From an uncultured Alphaproteobacteria bacterium (GTDB lineage: Bacteria > Pseudomonadota > Alphaproteobacteria > Rhizobiales > Kaistiaceae), in NCBI GenBank assembly GCA_963750065.1, contig CAVVPK010000048.1:57860-121859 (forward strand): a DNA stretch of 64,000 nt, read 5' to 3'. Below, piece by piece: positions 55,518-64,000 of the stretch (position 1 is the first letter of the stretch; every line of letters starts with the position of its first letter). A program made the translations under genes and the position numbers. A model generated the notes under the pieces. The model searched no databases and was not told where the DNA came from. It saw nothing but the letters and a program-made list of their open reading frames with translations.

Positions 55518-56503
55518 TGTCTGCTCCCCACGCGAAAGCGATCAAGCAGCACAGCGAGAATGATGATCGCGCCCGATAGAATCTCGATGATGAACGAATT
55601 GACCCCCAGCAGGTTGAGGCCGTTCTGCAGGCAGGCAAGAATGAGCGCACCGAACAGCGTACCGAAGACGCTTCCCCTGCCGCCGAACAGGCTTGCGCCG
55701 CCGAGGATGACGGCGGCAATCGCGTCGAGCTCCATTCCTTCCGCCGAAGTCGGCAGACCGGCTCCCAGGCGACCGAGCAATACGACTGCGGCCACACCGC
55801 ACAGCACGCCATTGATGACGAAAATCAGGAATATGGTTGAGGCGACCGGCACGCCGGCGATATGAGACGAGGTCTTGTTGCCGCCGATGGCGTAGGTGTG
55901 ACGGCCGAGCACGGTCTTCGACAACAACAGCGCGACCGCGACGAACACTGCCGCCGCAACGAGAAGCGGCATCGGAACGCCGGCGACCACACCGAAGCCG
56001 GGAAAGCGCACGTCGTCGGGAATGCCCGCGATCGGATAGCCACCGGTGAAGGTCAACGCTGCACCGCGCAACACCGTCATCATGCCCAAAGTGACGATGA
56101 AGGAGTTCACGCCGGCCCATGCGACGAGTGCGCCCTTGACGGCACCGACCAGCGCACCGAGCGCCACCATCGCGAAGATCGTCGCCACCGCATTCAGTTC
56201 GGCATGTGCACTGAGGCTGGCCCCGACGACCGCGGAGAGGGCGAGCGCTGAGCCGACGGAGAGATCGATGTTGCCGGAGAGAATGACAATCGTCATGCCG
56301 CAGGAGACGATGATTAGCACCGAAGCCTGCCGGCCGACGTTGAGCAAGTTGCTCGCCGTCAGAAATTGCGGTTCGAGCAGCGTCAAAGCGATGCCGATGA
56401 TCACCAGAGCGACAAGCGCGGTGCCGCCGAAGCTATCGCTGCGCAGAAAGACCGAACGCACGGAAAACGCCGATCGGGCCTCGTTGGCGGCCGACTCAGT
56501 CAT
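55514..56503 (-). CDS. sugar ABC transporter permease (CUT2, RbsC-like)
   Basis: 329 aa. IVILSGNIDLSVGSALAL segment. Confidence 0.88.
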   Translation of the reverse strand: MTESAANEARSAFSVRSVFLRSDSFGGTALVALVIIGIALTLLEPQFLTASNLLNVGRQASVLIIVSCGMTIVILSGNIDLSVGSALALSAVVGASLSAHAELNAVATIFAMVALGALVGAVKGALVAWAGVNSFIVTLGMMTVLRGAALTFTGGYPIAGIPDDVRFPGFGVVAGVPMPLLVAAAVFVAVALLLSKTVLGRHTYAIGGNKTSSHIAGVPVASTIFLIFVINGVLCGVAAVVLLGRLGAGLPTSAEGMELDAIAAVILGGASLFGGRGSVFGTLFGALILACLQNGLNLLGVNSFIIEILSGAIIILAVLLDRFRVGSRQ

Positions 56504-57990
56504 GCCGCCACCGCCGTCATTGCACGCAACAGACTCTCTCTGCTCATTTCATCTCTCTCTATCTCCGTCACCGAAGCGCCGCCGCGCATGACAAACACCC
56601 GGTCCGCCAATCCGAGTACCTCGGTGAGATCGGACGTCACGACCAAGCAGGCGCCGCCCGACGCCACATATTCGTCGAGCAGACGGTAGAATTCGGCGCG
56701 GGCGCCAACATCAACGCCAACGGTGGGCTCATCGATCAACAGCAGCTTTGTCGAGCGGGCCAGCCAGCGGCTGAGAACGACCTTCTGCTGATTACCGCCG
56801 CTCAAGGCGTCCACACTGACTGTCTCGGAAGGCGTCTTGATGCTCAGCGCGCGGATCATCCGCTGCGCCAGATTCTTCTCGCTGCTCGCGGAAATGAAGC
56901 CGCCCCGCGCCAGCCGCCCCTCACCCCCCAACGCGATATTGGCCGACACGCTAAGGTCCAGGACCAGGCCCTGTTCCTTGCGATCCTCAGTGACCAATCC
57001 AAGTCCGGCGCTGATGCAGTGGCGCGGCGAGCGCGGCAAGAACGGAACGCCATTCAAGAGGATACGGCCCCCCGAGAATCCGTCCAACCCGAAGATCACT
57101 CTTAGCAATTCGGTGCGGCCCGAGCCGACCAAACCAGCGATGCAAACGATCTCGCCTCGCCGCACTTTGAGATCGACGCCCTTGAGCTTGGACGAGCGCA
57201 AGTCCGAAACTTCGAGCACCAACTCATTCGAGGGCGTGCGGCTGCGTGGATAGCCGTCGTCGAGCGTTCGCCCTATCATATGGTGGATCACGGCCTGGAC
57301 ATCTTTGAGCGCCACCTGATGCGCAACGACCGCTCCGTCGCGCAGGATGGTCACCTCGTCGCTCAGTTCCAACGCGCTGTCGAGATCGTGGCTGATGTAG
57401 ACGATGGCGAACCCGCTTTCACGCAAGCGCCGGATCTGCGCGAATAGCGCATCACATTCGGGCGGAGTCAGCGAAGTAGTCGGCTCGTCGAAAATGATCA
57501 TGCGGGCGTTGCGCCCGATCGCCCGCGCGATCTCCAGGCGTTGCTGGGCCGCCGGACTGAGATTCTCGACCCGTACAGTGGGGTCGACATCGAGCCCTAC
57601 CTCAGCGAGCAGGCGCCGTGCCCGCTTTTCCCAGGCCGCCCGTTGAAAGATGCCCCACGTCGGGCCGAGCCGGCCGAGAAACAAGTTCTCGGCGACCGAG
57701 AGATTGTTGACCAGTGTACGCTGCTGATGGACCACTGCGATGCCCGCGTGCTCGGCGTCGACCGGCGCGCGCAGTCGCACGGGGCGCCCATCGATAAGGA
57801 TTTCGCCTTCGTCGAGCGAATAGATACCGGTGATGATTTTGACCAAGGTCGACTTTCCGGCTCCGTTCTCTCCGAGCAGGGCATGAACCCTGCCCGGAAA
57901 GAAGGAGATGGAGACCGCCCGCGAAGCGACCACGCCCGGGAATCTCTTCACGACTCCCCGCAGCTCGACCAACGGTGCGGCATCAGTCAT
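56500..57990 (-). CDS. sugar ABC transporter ATP-binding protein (CUT2 tandem ATPase)
   Basis: ATG 57990 (MTDAAPLVELRGVVKRFPGV); ATG 58020 is the longest alternative. Walker A GENGAGKST. The second half has LSGGNQQKVVLSRWL. Confidence 0.88.
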   Translation of the reverse strand: MTDAAPLVELRGVVKRFPGVVASRAVSISFFPGRVHALLGENGAGKSTLVKIITGIYSLDEGEILIDGRPVRLRAPVDAEHAGIAVVHQQRTLVNNLSVAENLFLGRLGPTWGIFQRAAWEKRARRLLAEVGLDVDPTVRVENLSPAAQQRLEIARAIGRNARMIIFDEPTTSLTPPECDALFAQIRRLRESGFAIVYISHDLDSALELSDEVTILRDGAVVAHQVALKDVQAVIHHMIGRTLDDGYPRSRTPSNELVLEVSDLRSSKLKGVDLKVRRGEIVCIAGLVGSGRTELLRVIFGLDGFSGGRILLNGVPFLPRSPRHCISAGLGLVTEDRKEQGLVLDLSVSANIALGGEGRLARGGFISASSEKNLAQRMIRALSIKTPSETVSVDALSGGNQQKVVLSRWLARSTKLLLIDEPTVGVDVGARAEFYRLLDEYVASGGACLVVTSDLTEVLGLADRVFVMRGGASVTEIERDEMSRESLLRAMTAVAA

Positions 57991-58037
57991 TAAGGTCGCT
58001 CGCTCCGGCGTCGCACGCATTACACCTATTTTTTCAT

Positions 58038-58964
58038 TTACTTAGCGTAGTTGGACTGGTCGACGAGCACCACCGGCACCGGGATGAGTTTGTCGACCTT
58101 CTCGCCGTTGAGGACCGCCAGCGCGGTCTTGGTGACGATCTTGCCAATCTGCTCCGGGTCCTGAGCGACGGAAGCCTTGAACGCCGAGTTGCCTTTTGCG
58201 ATCTCGGCGATGCCCTCGCTGCTCGCGTCGAAGCCGATGATGCTTACCTTGTCTTGCCGGCCCGCCGCGATGACTGCCTGCAGGGCGCCAAGCGCCATTT
58301 CGTCGTTCACCGCGAAGATGCCGGTCACATTGGGATGAGCCTGGAGCAGATCCTCGGCAACCGCCTGCGCCTTCTCACGCTTGGAATCGCCGCTCTGGCT
58401 CGCAACAACCTTGAGGTTAGGCGCGACCTGCGCAAGCTTGGCGACAAATCCCTTCTCGCGGTCGACGACGGAAACGATCGCAGGATTGTCGATCACGAAG
58501 ACCTCGCCTTTGCCGCCGAGCAGGTCCGCCATCTTTTGCGCGGCAATTTCACCACCTTCGTAGTTGTCCGAAGCGATGTGGGCGACCTGGCCGATGTCTT
58601 TGGTGATGGCGATGTCGACCGTGATCAGCGGAATGTGAGCGCTCGTCACCAGCCGGCCCTCGGCCTCGGCCGCCGTCGAATCGATCGGAACGATGGTCAC
58701 CAGGTCGACCTTTTTGGCGACAAAGTCTTCCATTTGCGCGGTCTGCGCAGCCAGATCGCCGTTCGGATCCCTGAAATCGAAGACGACTTTGTCGCCGCCC
58801 GCCTCTTTCATCCCCTTTTCGATATCCTGGTAGAATTCGAAACTGCGGCTGTAGGTGCTGGCGCCGATCTTGTACGGGTCCGCGGCCGATGCGGGGCCAA
58901 AGGAAGTCGCAAGAGCGAGCGCGCTCACTGCGAGCGCCGCCCCGAACTTGATGTCCAATCTCAT
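58038..58964 (-). CDS. sugar ABC transporter substrate-binding protein (type-I PBP, RbsB-like)
   Basis: Internal ATG at 58964 (MRLDIKFGAALAVSALALATSFGPASAADPYKIGAS), preceded by AAGGAA. 308 aa. Confidence 0.88.
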   Translation of the reverse strand: MRLDIKFGAALAVSALALATSFGPASAADPYKIGASTYSRSFEFYQDIEKGMKEAGGDKVVFDFRDPNGDLAAQTAQMEDFVAKKVDLVTIVPIDSTAAEAEGRLVTSAHIPLITVDIAITKDIGQVAHIASDNYEGGEIAAQKMADLLGGKGEVFVIDNPAIVSVVDREKGFVAKLAQVAPNLKVVASQSGDSKREKAQAVAEDLLQAHPNVTGIFAVNDEMALGALQAVIAAGRQDKVSIIGFDASSEGIAEIAKGNSAFKASVAQDPEQIGKIVTKTALAVLNGEKVDKLIPVPVVLVDQSNYAK

Positions 58965-59033
58965 TATCTGTTCCTTTCTATCCGGTGGAGTAGGCGTAGG
59001 CGTATGGAACTGTAGGCCTAGACAAATCGTATT

Positions 59034-59047
59034 TGAAATCGATTTCA
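59034..59047. promoter_or_regulatory. perfect 14-bp LacI/GalR-type operator palindrome
   Basis: TGAAATCGATTTCA is its own reverse complement. It lies 70-83 nt upstream of the SBP start. It overlaps a near-palindrome, CAAATCGTATTTG (59023-59035). Confidence 0.7.
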
Positions 59048-59081
59048 CGCCAATGTCAATGTTGTCCATCACCAGCGCCAA

Positions 59082-59566
59082 TGAGACAGATTTAGCGAGT
59101 TGAGGACGGGAGGATTTCCGGCTCATCGTATCCCTTGAAGGGAGCGAAGATGAGCGGCAGGCGATCGAGAAGCTGGCGAAGGTCGTTGACGGCAAGGGGG
59201 TTGCGGTTCAGGCGAACCGCGACGCCGAGGTGACGAAGCTGCATGCCAAGATCGGCCCGCTCGTGGTGGAGCGCGATTTTTTGGCCAAAGCCTTCAATCA
59301 TCGGAGAAGAAGGATAATCGATCCCGGTCACCCACGGCTCTCCATTGTCCGCCAATGTGAACTCGCCTCGATTTCGCGGGCCTCGTTCTACCGCTCGCCA
59401 GCGGCGAGAACCTCGCGCTGGATCGGCTACTACAACGCCTCGCGCGCGCACTCTTCGTTCGGCGGCAGGACGCCCAACGAGGTCTATGCCATCGACGGCA
59501 GGCAGGAGAAATTGGCGGCGTAATCAAACCCAGAATCCACCTTAGCAAAGGCGCCAGGCTGTCTCA
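59082..59566 (+). mobile_element. internally deleted IS3-family insertion sequence relic (~485 bp) retaining both ends
   Basis: The ends are TGAGACAG (59082-59089) and CTGTCTCA (59559-59566), which are inverted. The coding remnant ...EDERQAIEKLAKVV...EVTKLHAKIGPLVVERDFLAKAF (OrfA end) is joined to IDPGHPRLSIVRQCELASISRASFY (OrfB start), then directly to WIGYYNASRAHSSFGGRTPNEVY (OrfB end). The DDE core is missing. Confidence 0.65.
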
Positions 59567-59575
59567 TCAGGCGCT

Positions 59576-60352
59576 TCAGCCATGGGCCCATCCGCCGTCG
59601 ACAAGGAAATCCTGGCCGCTGATCATGCGGCTGTCATCGGCGCCGAGAAACAGCGCCATGCGCGCGATGTCGGCAGGATAGACCCGCCCCTTCAGCGCCT
59701 GCGAGGCGTCGATGAGGCGGCTCTGCTCGTCGCCGACCCAGCGGGTCAGTTGCCGCTCGGTCATCGTCCAACCAGGCACCAGTGTATTGACCCGGATGCT
59801 GTGCTGACCGAGCTCCTTGGCCAGCGATCTCGAAAGGCCGTGGACGCCCGCCTTGGACGCGGTATAGGGGGAAAGTTCGGACAACATGATCATCCAGCTG
59901 AACGAGCCCAGGTTGATGATCGATCCGCCGGACATGGCGATCATGCCGGGTATGACAGCCTGGGCGGCGAAAAAGGAATGCCGCAGATTGACGGCGAGGC
60001 CGGCCTCCCAGACTTCCGGCGTGATCTCATTCCACTTGTGGCGCTGGTCATTGGCGGCGTTGTTGACGAGCACTCCGCAGGGGCCATGGGTGGCGGCGAA
60101 ATCGGCGATGGCTGCCTGGTAGGCCACGACGTCGGTGACATCGCATTGGATGAAGCGCACGCTCCGCCCGTCCGCTGCCAGTTCGGCCTGCAAGGCCTCG
60201 CCTGCCGCGACCGCGATGTCGACGAAACCAACCTTGCTGCCTTGAGCGGCGAAGGCGCGGACGAGACCCTCGCCGATACCTGTCGCCCCGCCCGAAATCA
60301 CCACGGGCCTGCCTGCAAGGCTCGGATAGATGGCAAAATTATCGTCCGGCAT
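59576..60352 (-). CDS. SDR family oxidoreductase
   Basis: ATG 60352 (MPDDNFAIYPSLAGRPVVISGGATGIGEG) follows GAGGGAGGGAAGAGCC. Catalytic YTASK motif. 258 aa. Confidence 0.88.
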   Translation of the reverse strand: MPDDNFAIYPSLAGRPVVISGGATGIGEGLVRAFAAQGSKVGFVDIAVAAGEALQAELAADGRSVRFIQCDVTDVVAYQAAIADFAATHGPCGVLVNNAANDQRHKWNEITPEVWEAGLAVNLRHSFFAAQAVIPGMIAMSGGSIINLGSFSWMIMLSELSPYTASKAGVHGLSRSLAKELGQHSIRVNTLVPGWTMTERQLTRWVGDEQSRLIDASQALKGRVYPADIARMALFLGADDSRMISGQDFLVDGGWAHG

Positions 60353-60425
60353 GGCTCTTCCCTCCCTCATGCGGCGCTTCAACGCCCCGCGGCGGCAGGG
60401 CGTTCGCCGACGTTCGTGAAGCGCC

Positions 60426-61553
60426 TCAGCTCGCCACGGACTCGAGGAGCCGAAGATAATCGGCAGCCGTCAGCGTGACCGGGTTGGTTGCGTGACTGTG
60501 GTCGGCCAGCGCGTTCTCCACCACGTTGGGAAAGACGGCCGGCGAGACGCCAAGTGCTGCCAGGTTCGAGGGAATGCCGATACGGGCGTTGAGCGCCTCG
60601 AGTTCGGCCGCAAGGTCGGCCGAGGCGGCCAGGCCCATGCTGGCCTTGAGGCGCGCGAGCTTGTCGCCGACATGCGGCGCGTTGACCCGCACGACGGCAG
60701 GCATGAAGATGGCGTTGAGGGTGCCATGGTGCAGCTGCAGGTCGTGCAGCCCGCCCAGCGCGTGGCTCAGTGAGTGCACCGCGCCCAGACCTTTTTGGAA
60801 CGACAGGCCGCCCTCAAGCGCTGCCATCATCATTTCGCTGCGTGCTGTCAGATTGGCACCATCGTTCACCGCCCGTTCGAGATTGCGCCAGATGCGACCA
60901 GCGCCGTCGAGTGCGATGGCCTCGGCCGGCGGGTTGAAGCGCGGCGAGAACAGAGTCTCGATGCAGTGCGACAGCGCGTCCAGCCCGGTAGCAGCGGTCA
61001 GCCAGGACGGCAGGTTCAGGGTCAGCTCGGGGTCGCAGATTACCCGCTTGGGGATGAGATTGGGGCTGATGAAGCCGAGCTTGCGCCCGTCTGCCAGGGT
61101 CAGGAGAGCGGCTCGACCGACCTCGGCCCCGGTTCCCGCTGTAGTCGGAATGGCAATCACCGGCGGGACATCGGGACGGATGCGCGCGGCGCCGCCGAAG
61201 ATTGCTGCATATTGCTCCAAAGGGTGCTCATGCGTCGCCAGCAACCCGACCCCCTTGGCCAGGTCGATCGGCGAACCGCCGCCCACGGCGACAATGCCGT
61301 CGGCGCCAAGATCCCGACAGGCCTCAAGACCAGCAAGGACCGCTGTCTCTGTGGGATTGGGCGGGACGTCGAGGAAGCGGCCGGCGTTCGGCCCGAGATG
61401 CACGGCAACGCGATCAACCAGCCCGGTCGCCAGCAGGCCCCTGTCGCTGACCAGCAGCGGCCGCTCAAGGCGCAGCGCCTCGACCGTGGCAGGCAGCGTT
61501 TCGAGCACGCCCGAGCCGAACTCAATGCTGGAGAGATAGGTTATCGTCGCCAT
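60426..61553 (-). CDS. iron-containing (group III) alcohol dehydrogenase
   Basis: Internal ATG at 61553 (MATITYLSSIEFGSGVLETLP...). GGGSPIDLAKG motif and a His-rich metal site (...HALGGLHDLQLHHG). 375 aa. Confidence 0.85.
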   Translation of the reverse strand: MATITYLSSIEFGSGVLETLPATVEALRLERPLLVSDRGLLATGLVDRVAVHLGPNAGRFLDVPPNPTETAVLAGLEACRDLGADGIVAVGGGSPIDLAKGVGLLATHEHPLEQYAAIFGGAARIRPDVPPVIAIPTTAGTGAEVGRAALLTLADGRKLGFISPNLIPKRVICDPELTLNLPSWLTAATGLDALSHCIETLFSPRFNPPAEAIALDGAGRIWRNLERAVNDGANLTARSEMMMAALEGGLSFQKGLGAVHSLSHALGGLHDLQLHHGTLNAIFMPAVVRVNAPHVGDKLARLKASMGLAASADLAAELEALNARIGIPSNLAALGVSPAVFPNVVENALADHSHATNPVTLTAADYLRLLESVAS

Positions 61554-61694
61554 GTCGCCCCGACTGTCCAATGGCAGGCGTGTGCCTGGGCCGCTGACAC
61601 AAAGACCCCGGCAACGCGATGTGGCCGTCCCCGCGCGCAGCCGCCGGCCGCACACCCCTCCCGCAGGTATTGACCGGGTCCAAGCATCACGTTT

Positions 61695-61706
61695 AACGTT
61701 AACGTT
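61695..61706. promoter_or_regulatory. perfect 12-bp palindrome (tandem AACGTT) in a divergent promoter region
   Basis: AACGTTAACGTT lies 31-42 nt upstream of the AKR ATG at 61737. No regulator gene is adjacent. Confidence 0.35.
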
Positions 61707-61736
61707 GATTTGGGCGGCAATCAAGAGAGAGGCCTG

Positions 61737-62675
61737 ATGTCAGGAGTGCTGTCAACGCGGGTTCCGCTCGGTCGAACTGGACTGCAGGTGTCGCGCATCT
61801 GCATCGGCACCAGTCCGCTTGCCAGCATGCCGCAATTGTACGGCTACGCGGTGGATTTGCCGCGCGCACTCGAGACGCTGCGCGCGGTGTGGTCGAGCCC
61901 GTTCAATTTTGTCGACACCTCGAATGGCTACGGAGACGGTCGGGCCGAACAAGCGATCGGCCGCTCGCTGCGCGAGATCGGCGGTCTGCCGGAAGGATTC
62001 GTGCTGGCCAGCAAGGTCGACCCCTTGCCGGGGTCGCACGTCTTTTCCGGAGAACGGGTGCGCCGCTCAGCCGAGGAGAGCCTCGAGCGGCTGAACCTGA
62101 CGACGTTTCAGTTGCTGTACCTGCACGACCCCGACTTGCACATGGACTATGCGGCCAGCATGCGTCGGGAAGGGGCAGTCGCGGCGCTGCACACGCTCAA
62201 GGAGGAAGGCATCGCACAGGCGATCGGTGTCGCCACCGGCTCGCTGCGTTTCCTCAACGACTATCTGTCGACGGGCATCTTCGACGTCATCCTCAATCAC
62301 AATCACTACACGCTGATCGAGCGCGACGCCGAGGTCCTGATCGAGGCATGCGCATCCCGCGGCGTGGCTTTTGTCAACGCGGCGCCATATGGCGGCGGCA
62401 TCCTGGCGCGCGGGGCGAGCAAGGGGGCCAAGTACGCCTATGCGCCGGCCGACGACCGGCGGCTGGCCCAGGTCACACAAATGCAGAAGGCGTGCGCCGG
62501 GCACGACGTACCGCTGGCGGCGGCGGCATTGCAGTTCTCGCTGCGCGACAACAGGATCGCCTCGACCGTCATCGGCATTTCGTCGCCGGCACGTGTCGCG
62601 GAGACGATTGCGCTCGCCGCGCATCCGATTCCCGCGGTGCTTTGGGACGAGCTCGAGAACATCTGGCGCGGATAA
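61737..62675 (+). CDS. aldo/keto reductase
   Basis: Internal ATG at 61737 (MSGVLSTRVPLGRTGLQVSRICIGTSPL...FVDTSNGYGDGRAEQAIG). 312 aa. Confidence 0.85.
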   Translation: MSGVLSTRVPLGRTGLQVSRICIGTSPLASMPQLYGYAVDLPRALETLRAVWSSPFNFVDTSNGYGDGRAEQAIGRSLREIGGLPEGFVLASKVDPLPGSHVFSGERVRRSAEESLERLNLTTFQLLYLHDPDLHMDYAASMRREGAVAALHTLKEEGIAQAIGVATGSLRFLNDYLSTGIFDVILNHNHYTLIERDAEVLIEACASRGVAFVNAAPYGGGILARGASKGAKYAYAPADDRRLAQVTQMQKACAGHDVPLAAAALQFSLRDNRIASTVIGISSPARVAETIALAAHPIPAVLWDELENIWRG

Positions 62676-62714
62676 GGCGCAAACCTGAGACCGGCGACCT
62701 GCCCGGCCTGCCGC

Positions 62715-64000
62715 TTACCGGCCCGGAATGACCGGCGCCCGCGCCGCGCGGGCAATGATATCGGCAACCGGCTGGCGCACGATGCAGTTGGCGAAGGAGA
62801 AGCTCTCGGCCAGGTCCACGATCATCTCGTCAGTCAACTTGCTGCCATCAAACCGGCGCGCGAAATCAATCAACATGGGCTCGGCAAGCAGGATGTTGCG
62901 CACGAGCGTCGCGATGTAGTCGGCGCGGCCGAAGGGATAGGGATCAAAATCCGGGAATTCCCGCTCGAAGATGTCCTCTATGGGCTGGATCACTTGCCGG
63001 ATCTCGGCATCGGTCGAGCCCCAACCGTCAACCCCGAGCCGCCTCTTCTTTTCGACAATAGGCGCGACCGCCTGCATCCAGGGCGATTCCGGATCGGCAA
63101 AGACCAGACCCTGTCCGCCGACGTCCTTGTAGGCCCACAGCGCCCATCCGGCGCCGTGCTCATTGTAGATAGCAAGTTCGTCTTCGAGCAGCTGGTAGCG
63201 TTGCTCGAGGTTGTCGGCCTGGCGGGGAAACAGCGGACCGCATTCGCCGATCCAGATAGGCAGGCCGGCGTCCCGCATGAACTCCGTGCGGCTTCGGAAC
63301 GTGGCCCGTACCTGATCGCGGTCGACGAAGACGCCACGCGAAATGCCGGGATAAGGGCCTCCGTCGGCGAATCCCGGCAGGTGGTAATCGTGGGCAACGA
63401 AGACGGCGTTGCCGTAGTCGCCGGCGGCAAAGGCCGAGAAATCCGTGGCGTAGCGATTGCCGTCGACGAAAATGATGTGCCGGTCGTCAACCTGACGAAT
63501 GGCCGTGACGGTTCGGTCGTAAAACGCCTTCATGGCCTGGTGAGTGATGTCGCCAGGTTCGTTGAGGAGATTGTAGCCGGCAACCGCCGGCTCATCCCTG
63601 TAGCGCTGCGCCAGTGTCACCCACAGACGTGTCGCCCGCTCCTGGAAGTGCGGATGCTCCCAGAAGATTGCGACATGCGTGCGGTTGTCCGAGTGCCAGT
63701 GCTGGTTCTGGGAGCCGGGCACCGCGTGCAGATCGAGTACGACGTAGATGCCGCTCTTGGCGCAGGCGGCGATCGCGCGATCGAGTTCGCGGAAGCCCTC
63801 TTCTTTGTATTCCAGCGGTCGGCTGTCGTCCTCGAAGCGGCGATAGTTGAAGGGGATGCGGACGCAATTGAGCCCGATCGACGCCAAATAGGCTGCATCG
63901 TCCTCGCCGAAGAAGCTCTGGTAGAAGGTGTCGAAGAACAATTCGTACTTGGCCGGCCCGAGGGCTTGCCGCAGAGCGGCCCTTTGTGCGGACTCGCTCG
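62715..64000 (-). CDS. glycoside hydrolase family 5 protein; the 5' end lies outside the window
   Basis: GH5 signatures are GLNCVRIPF, the NEP acid/base box (GYNLLNEPGD) and the nucleophile box (PIWIGECGP). The frame stays open upstream of the listed TTG at 63941 (…SESAQRAALRQALGPAKYE-LFFDTFY…) to the window edge. Confidence 0.8.
   Translation of the reverse strand, partial: SESAQRAALRQALGPAKYELFFDTFYQSFFGEDDAAYLASIGLNCVRIPFNYRRFEDDSRPLEYKEEGFRELDRAIAACAKSGIYVVLDLHAVPGSQNQHWHSDNRTHVAIFWEHPHFQERATRLWVTLAQRYRDEPAVAGYNLLNEPGDITHQAMKAFYDRTVTAIRQVDDRHIIFVDGNRYATDFSAFAAGDYGNAVFVAHDYHLPGFADGGPYPGISRGVFVDRDQVRATFRSRTEFMRDAGLPIWIGECGPLFPRQADNLEQRYQLLEDELAIYNEHGAGWALWAYKDVGGQGLVFADPESPWMQAVAPIVEKKRRLGVDGWGSTDAEIRQVIQPIEDIFEREFPDFDPYPFGRADYIATLVRNILLAEPMLIDFARRFDGSKLTDEMIVDLAESFSFANCIVRQPVADIIARAARAPVIPGR

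Noticed and set aside
59077-59571. Target-site duplication flanking the IS relic
   Set aside because: The flanks (…GCCAA | TGAGACAG … CTGTCTCA | TCAGG…) share no 3-4 bp direct repeat. The insertion may therefore be old, or one end may have been rearranged.

Overview
High-GC (roughly 63-65% by eye) sequence. Gene content looks like an accessory or catabolic region of an alphaproteobacterium of the Rhizobiales type; that taxonomic guess is an inference. The window is almost fully coding. It is dominated by seven ABC importers, each paired with a regulator and one to three catabolic enzymes. In order: (1) amiC-amiR (ANTAR) joined to a Dpp/Opp-type importer with an embedded acetamidase/formamidase. 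(2) A ROK-regulated CUT1 sugar importer translationally coupled to a signal-peptide-less penicillin-acylase-family Ntn hydrolase and a CE4 deacetylase. (3) LacI, a CUT1 importer, a Gfo/Idh/MocA oxidoreductase and a single-domain GH32/68-like enzyme. (4) LacI, a CUT1 importer and an aldo/keto reductase. (5) A rhizobial-type glycerol locus: glpD, two ATPases, two permeases, a DUF2160 protein, an SBP and glpR. One permease in this locus is frameshifted. It faces a divergent three-gene GlpA-like / NAD(P)-FAD oxidoreductase / DUF1667 module, which ends in a zone of gene fragments (gltD-like pieces and an inverted glpK piece). (6) An enolase-superfamily dehydratase, a CUT2 importer and a cyclase-family hydrolase, with divergent GntR and an IdnD-like dehydrogenase followed by a decayed esterase pseudogene. 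(7) A CUT2 importer, an M20 peptidase, a GATase1-like protein and LacI. After these come a 485-bp internally deleted IS3-family relic and an SDR / Fe-ADH / AKR / GH5 group that runs off the right edge. I recognised no rRNA, tRNA, CRISPR array, prophage or defence system. Several perfect palindromic operators, intercistronic hairpins and a dense TTTCG repeat array can be read directly from the sequence. The many long antisense ORFs in the track are high-GC artefacts. The most unusual loci are the cytoplasmic acylase/deacetylase import operon and the second (archaeal/Firmicute-type) glycerol-3-phosphate dehydrogenase module, with its unexplained 225-aa extension and its decay zone.
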